From Octopus vulgaris (taxonomy: Eukaryota), in assembly GCA_951406725.2 (NCBI GenBank), contig OX597823.1:35278001-35342000 (forward strand): 64,000 nucleotides of DNA, written 5' to 3'. The position numbers and the translations under genes are program-made. Under the pieces are notes generated by a model. The model saw only the letters and a program-made list of their open reading frames with translations, was not told where the DNA came from and did no database searches. Positions 41,015-54,170 of the stretch are shown in pieces. Position 1 is the stretch's first letter; every line of letters starts with the position of its first letter.

Positions 41015-41722
41015 AGAACCATGCATGAATGCCTTCGAAAAACGGTCAAACAAAAGTATTCCATCAAATTTTCTCTGTAGCTTATTGAGGTTTGTATTAC
41101 ACAATGAAGTCTGGGCAATAAAGACTGGACTAAAATTTTACCACCCGACGAGGTGTTGCACCATGGGTACCCCTATGGCAGTTAATTTCGCTAATGTATT
41201 CATTACGAAATTCGCGACACAGTCACTGAAAACATTCAAATCTCTACATGGTCATGAACTAATACCTGGTACTGTGGTTACAGTTCATTGATGGTGTCTA
41301 TTTTGTCTGGGAAGGATCACAGGATAATTAACTGCCTTCTTGCATTTCTGTAACTATTATGCCAAAAACTATGGCTTTAAATCCAACATAAAATTTACGT
41401 CTAGTTTTTCAAATACTAACGCTGAATTTTTGAACACAAGTTAAGATTTCTGGAAGCAGAATAGTAACAGAGTTATTGTGCATGCCCACGTCATCCCATA
41501 TTTACCTCCACCACTGCTCCGATCATCCATATCATATAATTCGGACAAATCCGAAATCCCAATTTTTGAGGATAAAACGGATTTGTAATGACATAGGGAA
41601 TTACTGGAAACATGCAAACGCTTTTGTATACCATTATGTCAAACGCGGTTACAGTGAATCACGATTAAAGGAAATTGCAAATGACATATGTAAGATTAGC
41701 AAAGAAAGTCAAACCTTCATAG
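41015..41722 (+). mobile_element. Inverted central RT segment of a Neptune-like PLE, same family as 38943
   Basis: CTMGTPMAVNFANVF, YLHHCSDHP..PKSQFLRIKRIC. Confidence 0.85.
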
Positions 41723-41724
41723 TC

Positions 41725-42560
41725 GCCAATATTGGGATATGAGGAAGAAACATCCATGGTTACCAAAAAACAATTTTCAATAAGTATCCCGACTATAGGA
41801 ACTTGATCTTTTCGCGACAGGGAGTAGAAAACCATCCAGCCACTCCAGAATTGTGGCTATACATTATTCATATCCGCTGTGCTAACTGGACGCATTGGAG
41901 GAAATCCTTCGAACTTTTTTGAGCATTTTGGGGAGACCATAAAATACAGGTGTTATTCATCCCGACTATCAAATCCTGGATTCGGCCTTATTAATGAAAT
42001 TGTTTTCCTCCATTTCCAGAATTATTTTGTCAAGTTCCTCTCTGTAATTAGAGTTTCGATCGACAGGTAATTCTTCATATGGAGTTTTGTCACTTGAAAC
42101 TTCTTCACAAGCCGAAATATTCTCCCTTTTGTCCATAATTACAATAGTGCCTCACTTATCCGCCATTTTAATAACAATAGAATCATTATTAGCTAGACAT
42201 CAGAGTGGGTAACTTTGGGAATTTGTGAGGTTATTCCAGGACTTCTTTCCACTTGTTTTAAGGCTTGTCTGACAAGAATCAAGAAATTCCAGTAGTGCTT
42301 GTGAACATCCATCCCAAACTTCATTTGGATACCAATTGGTGTTCTTTTCAATCCAATTATACCAGATTCGATCATCATTTTTATTTTCAGTACGCGTAGG
42401 GTTTTCTGACTCTTAGTTACAATTTTTTACAAAAAAAACAAACAAAAAAAAAACCTGAAATAGCCCTTGAGCATTTCTTGTCGAAATTCTTAGTGCTTGG
42501 GTAGAAACTCAGTGAGTTGAAAGTTTTAGTTGAGATAAATTTATGACCGACTTATTCTCT
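41725..42560 (-). mobile_element. PLE ORF N-terminal half up to RT motif A
   Basis: VINLSQLKLS, FYPS, NWYPN, NNLTNSQ, IVIKMADK*GTIVIMD, PPMRPV, LVTMDVSSSYPNI. Confidence 0.8.
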
Positions 42561-42769
42561 TGTGTGATGGATTTTCTTGGGCGAGTGGTTTTCAGATTCC
42601 TGATTACCTTTTGGGCTTTGCTCGAAATCTTCACTTAAAACACAGAACTTTACTGGGTGATAAAAATTGTTCTGAATATCCATGTGAGAAGTCATAATTT
42701 TTAGTCATCTTTCTAGTAGTAATCCATTTCTGGGTGGGTGAGTGACTTCTGTGGTTTTTGTAGGCATTT

Positions 42770-43265
42770 GAAAAAACATTTACTTTCGGGAAAGGAACAA
42801 ATTTATTGTTTTCGAGGCAAAATCTTAAATGTGCTCGCATTTTTTCTGCGGAAATAAAACTTCTCTGGAGCGTTTCTAATGACCAGTTCAAACCCGTACG
42901 CCAGGGCAAATAAACCACAATCATATGCGACAAATTGGTGATTAGTAACATGAACTTGTTGAACTTTAGGAATTATGTTTGCTTGTGGTGAGTACAGCAT
43001 TGTTATTTGTGCTGTTCATTTCTGTGGTACTGGTAAGTTCAAACTGTTATGAATATAAACATCTCCGAAAAAATTGGTTGATAAAACAAAATGATTGTTC
43101 CTGGTATGATGAATGAATAGTTTGCGGTATGGACTTTATGTTAGAAATTCTGTGTGAGAAAAAATTGTTGGAATTTCAGGAAAATTTTGAATTTCTATCA
43201 CTTTTCGTTTTGAACTCGACAAAGACAGGTTTGCTGTCGAAATATCGTTCAACCAATCAAATTTT
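42770..43265 (-). pseudogene. Ulp1/SENP-like (C48) cysteine protease domain, decayed
   Basis: DWLND...IHHTRNNHFVLS...VYIHNSL...HQFVAYDCGLFALAY...MRAHLRFCLE..PFP; two stops and one frameshift. Confidence 0.75.
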
Positions 43266-43336
43266 TATTGCAATCGCATCGCGCTCTTCGTATTGTCTAT
43301 TTACTTTTCTGAAGAGTTAGGTCAAGTCTTTTAAAA

Positions 43337-43397
<61 letters not shown>

Positions 43398-43499
43398 GTG
43401 GTTGTTGTTGTTATTATTCTGTTCTATATTTAAGAGATAAGAAATTATGTACATTATTTACATTATTTACATTTTACTGATATTTGTCCTCATCTTTGT

Positions 43500-43552
43500 T
43501 GCTAGCACAACGTTTCGGCTGATATACCCTCCAGCTTTCATCAGGTGTTTTC
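43500..43552 (-). ncRNA. Minimal hammerhead motif in a PLE pseudo-LTR fragment (43430-43585)
   Basis: ACAC-CTGATGA-AAGCTG..CAGCC-GAAACGTT-GTG; stem III reduced to an ACGT palindrome. Confidence 0.6.
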
Positions 43553-43584
43553 GGGAAATTTCGAACCTGGGTTCTCATTCCTAA

Positions 43585-44810
43585 AGTAAAACCAATCTCA
43601 ACAGTATGTGAGTTGATAATAAAGTTATACCTAGAATTCTTTGGAAAATTCCTAATAATAGCTTCACGAAACTGTAAGGGAAGATTAGATTTAATTTGCC
43701 TCCCATAAGGAATAATTGGTTTTTCCAACACAAAAAATCTCTTACAAATTATCTCCTCACATAATATTAGCCTGTTAAATAGAGTTACATTTACTAATAC
43801 TAACATTAATTTAGCTAATACCATCCATATCCTAGAAATATCTATTAATAACAAGGTTATTGTATCTGAAGTCAATTATAACAGAATCAAGTTTATGTCA
43901 AGTAACTCTAAAATTAAAAATTCTATATACCAATGTAAAATTACTTCTGGTAATGTAGTATCTTTTTATATAGGAAGCACATCTTCTCAGTTACCTAAAA
44001 GAATTTCTAATCATTAGTCTACATTTATGAGATAAGAATAAGCGTAACAGTACAGGGCTTAGTAAATTAATTTGGTATCTAAAAGACCATAATAAACAAT
44101 TTAATTTAGATTGATTGATTCTCTCAATCTCGATACCTTATGATAAAGGCAAGGAATTCTGTCTTCTCTGTAAGTCTCAACTATTTTCTATTCTTTTTTC
44201 TAAAATTCCCATTGTAAATACGGTTATAGAGCGTGCATACCGATGTAAACATTGGCAGAAACAGACCTTTAGTTCATATAAGTGATATCTATCATTATAT
44301 ATAACTTAAACATTAATTTTCTTCTTACATTTTACATTCACTAGATATATCTTTTTCCAAGACTATCAGGTTTTATTTAATTGACATATCGTTATATACT
44401 TCTCATTTATCTGCATTTTTCGTTCCTTTACCCCACCTCTTTCTATAGGCTGCATTTGACGTTATATCATCTAACGTTTTTTTTAAACAAACTTAATAGC
44501 ATTCAGTTAACCACTATACATATCTATCATATTCTGTTAAAATGTCTTATTGACCAGTTTCATTTCTTCATTTTCCTGAAGAGAAGATTGCATTGTTTTA
44601 CATCATTTTATTGCTTTGGAATAATACCAATGATATCTTCGAAACATGTATCGGAAGTAAAAGAATTTGAATAACACCTGCGTTTAACTCCATTTATTTA
44701 TTTATTTATATATATTATACAAAATATTTCACGTAACCAGGAATTTCTACCTTTAAAAACAAGGAGTTACAACCATTTTACTTGTGCGGTTTTTTGCTAC
44801 CCTGGTAACT
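43585..44810 (+). mobile_element. PLE 3' end: inverted linker, GIY-YIG (CxLC type) and pseudo-LTR
   Basis: Minus: IPYG..FP..IINSHTVEIGFT; plus: QIISSHN, SIYQC..FYIGST..KRISNH, STGLSKLIWYLK, CLLC. Confidence 0.8.
44566..44662 (+). ncRNA. Type I hammerhead motif downstream of the GIY-YIG
   Basis: ATTTTC-CTGAAGA-GAAGAT..ATCTTC-GAAA-CATGTA-TC-GGAAGT. Confidence 0.7.
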
Positions 44811-44868
44811 ATTTATCTATTTCTTCCGTGTTAATTGTTAACAAGGGAAATACACACACACACACACA

Positions 44869-44949
<81 letters not shown>

Positions 44950-44961
44950 TGCTTCATTCGG

Positions 44962-45014
44962 CTGGTCTACATTGATAAGGGGCAAATACCCCGAAACTAG
45001 TCTGTAGATACCAG
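44962..45014 (+). ncRNA. Minimal hammerhead with U3:A8 core variant
   Basis: GTCTACA-TTGATAA-GGGG CAAATA CCCC-GAAA-CTAG-TC-TGTAGAT. Confidence 0.75.
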
Positions 45015-45169
45015 ACCTGCAAGGGAAAGCGGCTGACCTCCCCTGTTTGGAGGTTATAATGGACACAGGTTTGTGTGTCACATAGCTAGCTTGAGGCGAT
45101 GGCCTCTTGGAGTTAATAAACGGCAGCATTCGTCCTAGATTACAGGAGCACGCCACAACTCCCAGTTTA

Positions 45170-45229
<60 letters not shown>

Positions 45230-45232
<3 letters not shown>

Positions 45233-45522
45233 GTTTGACTTTTGCTTTACATTTGTACAAGTTGGATCCAAGTCTCATCCAGAGACCTCAAGAGACAACA
45301 AGTTGGAAGTTCATGTTGGTCTTATGCCTAGTGTGGCATATATTTGGTTTTGCACTTAGTGTTGTACTAGTGAATGTCTAAAAAACCATACGAAAATTAT
45401 GTTTGTTTTAAAACTTGAGATGACATAGAAAGTACTTTGCGTAGGATATGGGCAGTTCCCACGAGCACTATCTTTTGAATTTCTGCCATTTTTGGGTTTC
45501 CTCGTATCTGAGTTAGGTAACT
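45230..45522 (-). mobile_element. R4/Dong-type LINE extreme 3' end between (ATT)n tracts
   Basis: EIQKIVLVGTAHILRKVLS plus 3' UTR. Confidence 0.8.
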
Positions 45523-45535
45523 ATTATTATTATTA

Positions 45536-45580
<45 letters not shown>

Positions 45581-45687
45581 GTGGCGAGCTGGCTGAAAAG
45601 TTAGCGCACTGAACGAAATGCTTAGTGGTATTTCGTCTGTCTTTATATAGGCGTAGGATTGGCTGTGTGGTAAGTAGCTTGCTTACC

Positions 45688-47751
45688 CAGAATGCAACAC
45701 TAGTTGGTCTGGACTGTTACAGTGAGCAGATGTGAGTTTCGGCTCCGCCAATAGAAAAAAAAGAACAAAAAGAAATATTGTCAATTATGGCTCACTATAG
45801 TGAGCAAAATACTGGGTTCTCATCACCGAAACGGTGAATTGAGAATTTTTTTGAAAATTCTTCTTGTGAATTCTAGTGGGCGTATCTCGCCAGAAAAATA
45901 ACAATAAGCCATTTGGATTACCCTTTGGATTAACTTTTTGGAGTATTATACAAAGGATTCCCTGTCTGTGCTATTTGTGAGGTTTTTCTTTTACTTTTCC
46001 CTTCTATTTTTTTCTTTCTTTCTAAATTTTGGTTCATTCTTTTCATTACTTTAATTTCAGTTTTCTCCCCTCCTCTTTTATTTTGTTTTATTTTTATTCG
46101 GTTTAATTTTTTGGCAGACTGTCTTTTGAACTACTTTTGAACTGTTTTTTGACATGGCAGAGAAGAAACTTAAAAAGAAAAACTCTGTCTTAGAGTGGGA
46201 AATTAACCCGCCTAAGCAATGGTTAAAAGATATGGAGGAGAAGACGATGATACTTAGAACGTATTCTAAAGTTATTAATTCCATCACCGTCTTCCCAAAA
46301 CAAGTCATAAAAAATGAACTTAAAGAACATTTGTCCTCTTTAAAATATATATCCCGAGGTGTCAAACATGCAACCGTATGGTTGCTGTTTGACAATGGGG
46401 AAAAGGCTCGCCAGTTTGCGAACCAGCCTTTAGAAGGCAAGGAAATTCTGTTTCTCTCGTCATATTGTGGAAAAAAATTAATACAAGCCTGGGTATGTGG
46501 GCTCCCCCCGGGCACCGAAGCGGATTGGATTGAAGATACCATCCGACGGGGACTGGGAGATGGCGGGCCCAGGCTCTTAAATGTAAGAGTATTGCCGGCG
46601 GTCGATTGGGAAGGGTCAAAAGCGATTTTGACCCTGTGGACCCCATCGGCCACAACAGAACTGGTTTTCCAGACTTCTTGAAAATGGCTGGCTGCAGGTA
46701 TCTGGTGATACTTGAGGGACGTCCCCCAAAATGTCACTCGTGCCTGCAGCCAGGCCACATTAAAAGCAACTGCCCCCAGGACCATGGTAAGGTCCTGGAA
46801 CAGTCACTAGATGCCACCTCCCCTACCCGGTCAAAGGGAGAGGTGGATGTGGTCGAGGAGGCTTCAGCCTCCTCAACTCAAAAAGTATTAAAAAGGTAGA
46901 AGGCGGGCAACAATAGTTGCCCGCCGAAGGAACCTAAGGCTTCGGAAGGCGGGGGAGAGTCTCCGGACAAAGCGGAAGAGCTCCACTCTCCCGAAGCCAG
47001 GAAGAAAAGAAAAGAAAAAGAAGGAAGAAGAACGGGTCATCTCAGCGGGGAGATGATGTGCCGACTGCATGTCTCGAAGTTGTGCCGCCCACGGTGGAAG
47101 AAACCACCCCCACCCTTAAAGATGATCAATTAATTATCTTTTTCTACAAGGGCGGGGAAGTAGAAAAATAGTAGAAGAACATAAAGAAACAGTAGATATG
47201 ACCTTCACACGGGACCCCGAATGGCCTCCGCAGATAGCTGTGGAGGTCATAAGGTTTCCCTTGTGGGAAAGGCTTAAAGGATTTGGGGAGGAGTGTCGCA
47301 TATGGCCGGGTGGCCCTTACACGACTTACATATCCTACATGAGTGAGGCATGGGAAATAGCGGGATACAGGAACTCAAGTGGCATTGAAGATAATGATGA
47401 ATATATCGATGGATATATCGAAGAGTAGGAGGTGAAAGACCCTCGTTACAGGGTTTGAAACCTCATCTTATTGGATTATTTTGTAGTGGTTTATAACCTC
47501 AATTTTGTGCTTTAAGAAAGAAAAAAAAAGAAAACATGTTAAGTAAGAGGTTTTAGTGCCTTCTCCTTGTAAGAGGTTCGAAACCTCATATTGATTTAAA
47601 AAAAAAAGAAAATATGTTTTCGAGAAAAATCCAATCGGCGGGTGTTGGGTTTCGTCTCTCATTTATTCATTATATTTCATTTTCATTCATTAATGTATTT
47701 GTCCAGCCCGCAAAACTCTTTGTACTGTCTATATGACAAATTTATGAAATA
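45688..47751 (+). mobile_element. Non-autonomous ORF1-only non-LTR element with 16-bp TSD
   Basis: AAGTAGCTTGCTTACC at 45672-45687 and 47752-47767; ends near AAATAAA; no TIR, LTR, RT or endonuclease seen. Confidence 0.8.
46154..46899 (+). pseudogene. L1/Tx1-like ORF1 (gag-like) protein with CCHC knuckle, frameshifted near 46660
   Basis: WVCGLPPGTEADWI, then FPDFLKMAG..VILEGRPPKCHSCLQPGHIKSNC; basic tail downstream. Confidence 0.75.
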
Positions 47752-47894
47752 AAGTAGCTTGCTTACCAACTACATGGTTCCGGGTTCAGTCCCACTGCAT
47801 GGCACCTTGGGCAAGTGTCTTCTACTATAGCCTCGGGCCGACCAAAGACTTGTGAGTGGATTTGGTAGACGGAAACTGAAAGAAGACCGTCGTG

Positions 47895-47964
<70 letters not shown>

Positions 47965-48188
47965 TGGGTGTGTGTGTGTGTGTGTGTGTGTATGTTTGTG
48001 TGTCTGTGTTTGTCCCCCCAACATCGCATGACAACCGATGCTGGTGTGTTTACGTCACCGTCACTTAGCGGTTCGGCAAGAGAGACCGATAGAATAAGAA
48101 CTAGGCTTACAAAGAATAAGTCGTGGGATCGATTTACTCGACTAAAGGCGGTGTTCCAGCATGGCCGCAGTCAAATGACTGAAACAAA

Positions 48189-48252
<64 letters not shown>

Positions 48253-48254
48253 GT

Positions 48255-51200
48255 TGTCTTTGCACAGCTTCTAACGCTGGAGATGTATTACAGAGTCAGC
48301 TGTTCACTACCAGTGAACTAAGGTAACACCTCTTATTTTTCGAGCACCTTCCGGAGTATTCAAACGGTTCCAAGTGCTGTTTTCTGCAAGTGCTCCACTC
48401 TTACTGCAGCCCCTATTTGTTCCACGTAATTCTCGAGATTTTTGCTCACTGTCCCCAGGGATCCGACAATTAATGGTACTACTGCTAGCTTTTTCATCGA
48501 CAACAACTACTTAACTCCCAAGCTAACCTGTCATATCTATCAACTTTCCTTTCTTCCTTACCGCATACATTGTTGTCAGCTGGGCATGCTATATATATGA
48601 TCCAGCATAGTTTGTTTTCATTCTCAATTAAGACTATGTCCAGCTTCCTATTCTCAATCTCATGGTCACACTGACTCATAAAATCTCATAGGATCTTTGC
48701 ATTTCCATATTCGACGATGCCTTCAGGTTTGTGGTCGTACCAATTTGTTGCTCTGTCAAGTCCATACTTGTTGCAAAGTGCCCAATGGACAAGCCTGGCT
48801 ATATTGTCGTGGCGTCTCTTATATTCCTTCTGTGCTAGTGGCGTAAATTGGCTGGTAATATGCCATACGGTTTCACCGTTTTGTCTACAGATTCTGCACT
48901 TATCACTTTCTGCTACGTTGTCTATTCTATATTTTATGTAGTTTGTTCTTAGAGCTTGCTCTTCGACAGCACAGATTAGAGCCTCCGTTTCCGGTTTTAA
49001 ATCACTTTTTGTCATCAATAGCCATCTTTTTTCTCTGTCTTTCTTATCTTCAACATTCCTATGAAATTGACCATGCGTTCTTTCCTATACCCACCTATTT
49101 TCAGCTTCATTCGTTTTCAATTTCTTGTATAGTGCTTTATCTTTGCAATCTTTCATCTTACACAAGCCTGACCTTCCTACTTCTAATAATAGCGGTTTTG
49201 TGGATTTTTTTTTACATACCATGCTATGTTGTTTTCTTCTGCGCTATGGCTGTGTTGGCATCCAATAAGTTCTCTTCCCCTTCTTTTCCTTGGTACATAC
49301 AGTCTGTCTGTGTCACTTTTTGGGTGGAGTGACACATGTAGTTAGCAACTTCCTTGTCTTTCTGTCTAAGCTGTGTAGTTCGTCTACTGTCCATGCGATT
49401 ACCCCTGCTCCATATCTAAGTAGTGAAACCGCCCAGATGCTGATAGCTTCGATCTTATTCTGTCATTTAATTTCGACTGTAGGATCAGTCTTAGTCTGCG
49501 CAAGTACTCTACCTTAAATTTTTCTGTCATTTCTTTCTCCATCAGTTTATCCATTTCCAAAATCTCCTAGTACCTGGTATATCTGGTATATCTGCTTCAT
49601 AACCTCCACCGACGGTATCGTTAGCCCGTCCATACATTTGATTTTACCTCTTTTCAAGACTAATACATCATAATTCTTCAGTCCGATATCACTTCTGATG
49701 TCAGCACTGAAAGTATACACCGTATCAACGAGGGAACTGACTTGGGCTTCATCCTTACCGTAAAGTTTGAGGTCATCCTTGAATAACAAATGGTTGACTT
49801 TTTGTTGGCGGCTTTTAAATACATACCCAGCTTTTGCTTTCCTCAGAACTAGTGTTAGTGGTATCAAGCACAGTACAAAGATCAGTGGGGACAGGCAGTC
49901 CCTTTCGAAGATGCACCCCCTGATTTGTACTGTCGCTAAGCTTCATCTGTATGCTGTAAGGTCCGTCCTCCAATTCGCCATACTTTTTCCAAGCAATAGC
50001 TCAACATTCGATGCAATATCAAATAGGTTCATACACTCCATAATCCAAGAATATGGTATCATATCGTATGCCTTACGATAGTCGATCCATGACATGGCTA
50101 AATTACTTTTCCTCCTCTTGCAGTCTCTGAGTACAGTTTTGTCTATCAGGAGTTGATCCTTGGTACCACTGCACTTACGCTTGCAACTCTTCTGCTCATG
50201 TGGCAGGACTCCATTTTTTCCAGATGTTCGTACATTGACTCTGCGAGTATTCAAGTCAATAACTACCACAAAAGTGGAATACAGGATGTCGGCCTGTAAT
50301 TGTCTACCGTATTGCCTTTATCGATATTTTTCAAACACAGCACTGTCCTACCCAATGTCAACCACTCTGGTGTTACTTGGTCAACATTTAACAAGGTGTT
50401 GAGTTGCGCAGCTATTCGTGCATGACATTTACCAACTCTTTTGATCCAGTAGCTTTGAATACCATCTGCTCCTGGGGCCTTCCAGTTGCTCATTTTTTGC
50501 TGATTTCCTTCACTTTCCTAACTGAAATAACTAGTTGTGCCTGATGTGGACAGAACTACTGTTTGTTTCAGCTCTTGCAACCATTCAGCATCCTTTTTGT
50601 GCTCCTTGTCTTTCCTCCAGATGCCACTCCAGAAACTTTGACTTTCAATGTTATCGGTATCAATTTTCATCTGTACACTCTCCATTTATTTTTTTATAGA
50701 ATCTCTTCTGATCTACTCTGAATAACCTATTCTGGTGGTAACCCTTCATTCTTTGGTCGTATCTTACCCTCTTTACTTTCTTTGCAACGAGGCGCAGTTT
50801 CAGTTACTCCACTACTACTTTCAGGCCCTTTCTTTCAATATTATACTTCCTTTTCACCGCCCTGTATTTTTGTTCGCTTTTAAGCTCCCCTTTCTCTTTT
50901 CGGTCTAACATAGAGATTTCCTTCGAGAGGATATATAACCCTGCCTGGATTCTTCTTTTCCACTATGGATCTTTTCTTTTGTCACTCCCATTATGTTTCT
51001 CTTTCTTGACATCACCTACGTTTTCTGTTACAACAATACTTGCTGCCTTGATCAAATTATTTGTTTCTGGGATGTTTGTTCTAATGTATTTCAGAATTTC
51101 ATTTACATTTTTCGTTTCTTGGTTCAATTTCCATCGATCAACCTTTTTAATGTTGTAAATAATGTCTCTATCGTTCTCCTGTAGTCTTACCTTTATTCTG

Positions 51201-51540
51201 TCGTAGATTGCATTTTGTTCATCTGTCATGTCGACATTAGTTTTATTGTCTTCTTTAGATCATCTATATGTCTTTCATCAAGTAAACTACCACGGCTCCT
51301 TTCCTGTGCTATGGGATTACTCTTATTAGTAAGAACTGTATTTTCATTGCTATCTCTGCTGCTATTTTCCATGACCCATCTTTTGATAGCTTCGAGCTCT
51401 ACTTCTCTGAACCAACATTGTTTTTTTATTGCTCTTGCTCGATCACATAGTCTCTGTTCCGTGAGTTGAAACAATCCCGTTTCTCTCCAATGATCATACA
51501 TACGTTGTCGGTAACCCCTAATTTGAGCACCATTTTCATC
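48255..51540 (-). mobile_element. Near full-length decayed R4/Dong-type LINE
   Basis: [67 protein letters not shown]. Confidence 0.9.
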
Positions 51541-52205
51541 TACCTCTATTTCCAGGTCTTTGTATTTTGAAAGTTTCTCCATTTCTTTTAAAGGAACGTT
51601 GTCATCTGCTGGTATTGATACATCAATTAGAAAGCATTTCTTCTTCATGATTTCTGACAACTATATCTTGTTAATTGGCCTTAACTTCTCTATCTGTGTG
51701 TATTGGCATGTCCCATAGTGTGGTTGCTGTCTCGTTTTCTGTCACCTTTTCAGGTGTGTGCTTATACCATCTACTTTCTGTTGGTATTCCATTGTTGGCA
51801 TAGCTTCCAGTGTATGTAGGTCCAAAATCTGTTGTGTCTGTGAATATATTCCTTCTTAGCCAGGACTGGGCAACCAGAGACAATGTGATTTATTGTTTTC
51901 AGTCCATCTCCACATATTCTGCAATTACTTATGTTTGTTTTCAGTATATGTTTTTGGTAATTTCTGGTGGGGAGGCTTTGGTCTTGTGCTGCCATTAAAA
52001 ATCCTTCAGTCTCTGCTTTACGTCCTGAGCTTCTCAACCATTACTGTGATTTTGCTTTGTCTATTTCTTTTGCGTTTAGTTTAGCCTAGTATTTGCCATG
52101 AAGGGGCTTTTCTTGCCATCATTTTATCATGATTCGTTGCTGTCCAGTTTTAGTTTGGATTTCATTTATTTTATAGCTTTCGTTGTTTCTTCTTCTTCTT
52201 CTTCT
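51541..52205 (-). mobile_element. R4/Dong-type fragment, same family as 30480-34365
   Basis: High similarity to 30760-31420 (AETEGFLMAAQDQSLPTRNYQK). Confidence 0.9.
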
Positions 52206-52335
52206 TAGTTCAAATTGCACCCCGGTCGACTTTCCCTTTCATCCTTCCGGGGACGATAAATCAAGCACAAGTGAAACACTGGTGTCGATATAATCGACTT
52301 GTCCCCTCCTTGTACCTTTAGTACAAAGGATTATT
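52206..52335 (+). mobile_element. Meta-domain-like SINE fragment
   Basis: GTTCAAAT..GGTCGACTTTCCCTTTCATCCTTCCGGGGACGATAAA. Confidence 0.65.
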
Positions 52336-52609
52336 ATTATTTATATATTTATGTAGCCAAGCCGACTGGGCTATTGCTGAGCTAATTGGTTAGGCGGAAT
52401 TTTCTCCTTTTAGGGCGAATTTCTCATTGAAAATTTTGAAGTTTTCATTTCCAACTTGGAAATTTTTACATAGATGCCTTTAAAGAGAACTGTATGCCGT
52501 TCCCTTCTTTGCACATCACACCCTATGCAGTCGAAAGACAACACAATTGTAAACTTGCGTCAAATGTAAACTTGCTCCTCCCAATCCGCGCCTTAAAAGG
52601 CAAAGAAGA

Positions 52610-54170
<1,561 letters not shown>

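Larger units (their letters stand above)
45645..48195 (+). mobile_element. tRNA-derived SINE split by a 2.06 kb insertion (head 45645-45687, body 47752-48195)
   Basis: TGGCTGTGTGGTAAGTAGCTTGCTTACC resumes as AACTACATGGTTCCGGGTTCAGTCCC (B box). Confidence 0.85.

Noticed and set aside
46078-46785. 235-aa minus-strand ORF
   Set aside because: It is the antisense shadow of the ORF1-like frame and has no motifs.
51226-51660. ORF joining an RLE motif to an R4 N-terminal domain, suggesting a permuted LINE
   Set aside because: It is a chance in-frame junction near 51540 between two different R4 families; the left part matches the family at 30.5-34.4 kb.
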